This document shows, one piece after another, positions 61,437 to 64,000 of a stretch of DNA of 64,000 bases. The position numbers and the translations under genes are program-made. The notes beneath the pieces are model-generated. The model worked only from the letters and a program-made list of their open reading frames with translations. It was not told where the DNA came from and searched no databases. Position 1 is the stretch's first letter. Every line of letters starts with the position of its first letter. Source of the stretch: Octopus sinensis (Eukaryota). Location of the stretch: positions 3,286,001-3,350,000 of the forward strand of contig NC_043019.1 in the NCBI RefSeq assembly GCF_006345805.1, given 5' to 3'.

Positions 61437-61664
61437 ACATATATATTTCTTTACTACCCACAAGGGGCTAAACACAGAGGGGACAAACAAGGACAGACAA
61501 ACGGATTAAGTCGATTACATCGACCCCACTACTTAATTTATCAACCCCGAAAGAATGAAAGGCAAAGTCAACCTCGGCGGAATTTGAACTCAGAACGTAG
61601 CAACAGACGAAATACCACTAAGCATTTTGTCCAGTGTGCTAACGATTCTGCCAGTTCGCCGCCT
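61437..61664 (-). mobile_element. SINE-B monomer with 12-bp TSD
   Basis: TGCAGTGTGTGT at 61425-61436 and 61665-61676. Confidence 0.9.
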
Positions 61665-62049
61665 TGCAGTGTGTGTGAGTATATGATATATATGACATCA
61701 TTATCATTCAGTTATTTGAACAGTCTGGAACAAATTCTACTGTTCAAAAAAAATCTTTTACCACTGCTGATAAAGTATATAGGTTCCACTTTATGTATTG
61801 AGTACTATTTACTCGATTTGTGGACACAAACGTTCACCATTCGATGAATATACATTGTAAATATTCATGTTAGATATTACTGTAATGTCCTGGGGTCAAT
61901 TTGCTCGACTAAAGGCGGTGCTCCAGCATGGACGCAGTCAAATGACTGACACAAGTAAAAGTGTAAAAGAGTATATATATATATATTTCACTTAGGCATT
62001 GTGATACTAATAACCTGGTATAAAATGCAATACAGTTGTGCTTCTGAAT

Positions 62050-62330
62050 GAAGCATTAGCTGAGTCGGTGGCACGTAAAAAGCACCATCCGTATGTGGCA
62101 CGTAAAAAACACTGACTGATCGTGGCTGTTGCCAGCCTCCCCTGGCACGTAGAAAGCACCCACTACACTCATGGAGTGGTTGGTGTTAGGAAGGGCATCC
62201 AGCTGTAGAAACACTGCTAGATCAGACTGGAGCCTGGTGCAGCCTCCATGGCTTACCAGACCCTGGTCGAACCATCCAGCCCATACTAGCATGGAAAACG
62301 GACGTTAAACGATGATGATGATGATGATAT
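62050..62330 (+). mobile_element. Non-autonomous RTE-associated repeat with (GAT)n tail (degenerate inverted copy at 61275-61425)
   Basis: Three TGGCACGTA(A/G)AAA(G/A)CAC repeats, GGAAGGGCATCCAGCTGTAGAAA motif, and end GGAAAACGGACGTTAAAC(GAT)n. Confidence 0.6.
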
Positions 62331-62709
62331 ATATATATGTAGTGGTTCATGCAGGCATGGTGTGGATTCAATCCTCGATAGCCGAGTTTCACTTAACAGT
62401 TCAACTAATTTTCTCACGGAATAAACAATAGTTTTTCTGTGAGTGACAGCAGTTACATTTGCCAGATTCCTTTGCTAAGCAGAATAATGTCTTTACCACT
62501 TCTAGGCCACCAAAAGCTAGAATAGAAATAACAGACCACCAACGAAATCTATTGTTTTCAACAATATATCTTACCTTCTAACTAGTTTGGATAGTTATAA
62601 ATACAAGAACTCCATAAGCCAAAGCAGTTAGTGAGGACCGAGTCTGGCTGACTGGCTGAACAAAGGGACAACTATGGTAACTCACCAAGGAAGCAGTCAT
62701 TTCGTCCTA

Positions 62710-62900
62710 ACACTCTCACTTTCATAATAATAATAACATTGAAAAATACTTTAGGAATGAGAACCCAGGTTCAAAATTTCCCCAAGACACCTGATGAAGG
62801 GTGGAGGGTATATCAGCCGAAATGTTGTGTTAACAACAAACAAGACGAGGATAAATATCCATCAAATGTAAATAATGTACATAATTCCTCATCTCTTAAA
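62710..62900 (+). mobile_element. PLE-type terminal remnant with decayed hammerhead motif
   Basis: GACAC-CTGATGA-a-GG(G)TG..CAGCC-GAAA-(T)GTT-GTGTT at ~62786-62830. Confidence 0.6.
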
Positions 62901-62904
62901 TATG

Positions 62905-63905
62905 GAACTGGAAAACTCAGTTTGGCCTCTGCAGCCATGGTGAAGCTGGACATTGTATACAAAAGCAATTCTATTAGTTTTCCAATGAGACTCAAAGTGT
63001 ACAAGTCCCTAATGATTTCGATCCTTCTGTATGATTGCGAGAGCTGGATTTTGCTGCTTGTTTGTTTGTTTGTTTATTGAGTGAAGCAGTCTTCGTCCTG
63101 TCTGTAGTGGGAGAAGTCCGAAACATGGTCCTTTGCTATTCGTAAGACCCACAGAAGAGAAAGCAGGTCAACCCCTGACACAGAAAGCATCGACGGATAG
63201 ATGAATGCGCATCCAGGCTCAGCAGTTGCGTAAGAAGTCGGGGACAAGAAACAGGAAGAAAGAGTGAGCGAAAGAGTACAAGCAGGAAAAAAGTTGGAGC
63301 GAAAGAGTACAACAGGGGTCACCACCACCCCCTGCAGGATCCTCATGGAGCTTTAGGTGTTTTTGCTCAATAAACACACACAACGCCCGATCTGGGAATC
63401 GAAACTGCAATCCTCCGACCGCGAGTCCGCTGCCCTAACCACGGGGCCATTGTACCTCCACGGATTTTGTTGCTGACATGGACTGAAAATCCATGCATTT
63501 CAGCACAAGTGCTTCATAATGCTGCTACAGATCCTGTGCATAGGACACAAAATGAACAGCTTTGTCTAAATAGCAAGTCAACAGATAAACTGGCAGGCAG
63601 AGAGCTCTCCTTGCACAGTTAAAATAAAAAGACAAAAAGCTTGTCTGCTCATTGTCATGTATCCATCCCACCACTACTCTATGTCCAAAACCATCCTTTA
63701 TAGGGCACAGTTGCAGAGTGGAGGTGACGGGGGGAGACTAAGAAAATCTTGGTCAGACACCGTCAAGGACTGGACAGGTCACAACCTCTGCCATGCATGA
63801 CAGAGAAGAGAGACCGATGGTGACAGCTGACTGCAAAAGTGTCGAGAGTGTTAGAATGGCACTCCCAAGGACCAGCTGCACCATTAAAGAGAACTTGATG
63901 ATGGT
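62905..63905 (+). mobile_element. Degraded RTE LINE 3' region split by a SINE-C insertion
   Basis: LKVYKSLMISILLYDCESWILL, then KIHAFQHKC, SKTIL and RGRLRKSWSDTVKDWTG. Confidence 0.8.
63059..63461 (-). mobile_element. SINE family C with (AAAC)n tail, 13-bp TSD
   Basis: GGATTTTG(C/T)TGCT at 63046-63058 and 63462-63474. Collinear with 8500-8888. Confidence 0.9.
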
Positions 63906-64000
63906 GTATGTGTGTGTATATATATATATGTATGTATATATATGATCATATCGAAGGGAAATGGAAATTAATAGAAATTTTCACTTCCCGTGGCCTAACG

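Overview
AT-rich, microsatellite-saturated eukaryotic DNA with no recognisable host protein-coding gene. The repeat vocabulary is most consistent with an octopus/cephalopod intergenic or large-intron region (inference, no search run). Most ORFs in the track are translated microsatellites. The real coding remnants are all transposon-derived: a Tc1 transposase fragment, several RTE LINE pieces (one young copy with a clean 5' inversion, one with three C-terminal C2H2 fingers), R4/Dong-type RLE retrotransposon fragments embedded in (AAT)n, a Tx1/L1-type 3' end sitting in (ATCT)n, and two Penelope-like elements. One Penelope-like element is nearly complete, is bracketed by ~395-bp inverted repeats, and carries a hammerhead-ribozyme motif in each repeat. 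Several tRNA-derived SINE families (labelled A, B, C here), Helitron-like and MITE-like elements and two complex tandem arrays fill the rest. The most notable candidate system is SINE-B. Its 3' terminal 42 nt match the Tx1-type LINE 3' end in the same window (36/42). It forms head-to-tail multimers (up to 8 units inside one 12-bp TSD) through a junction that recurs at independent loci and maps to the apex of a stem-loop in its head. A 99-N gap lies at 54886-54984.
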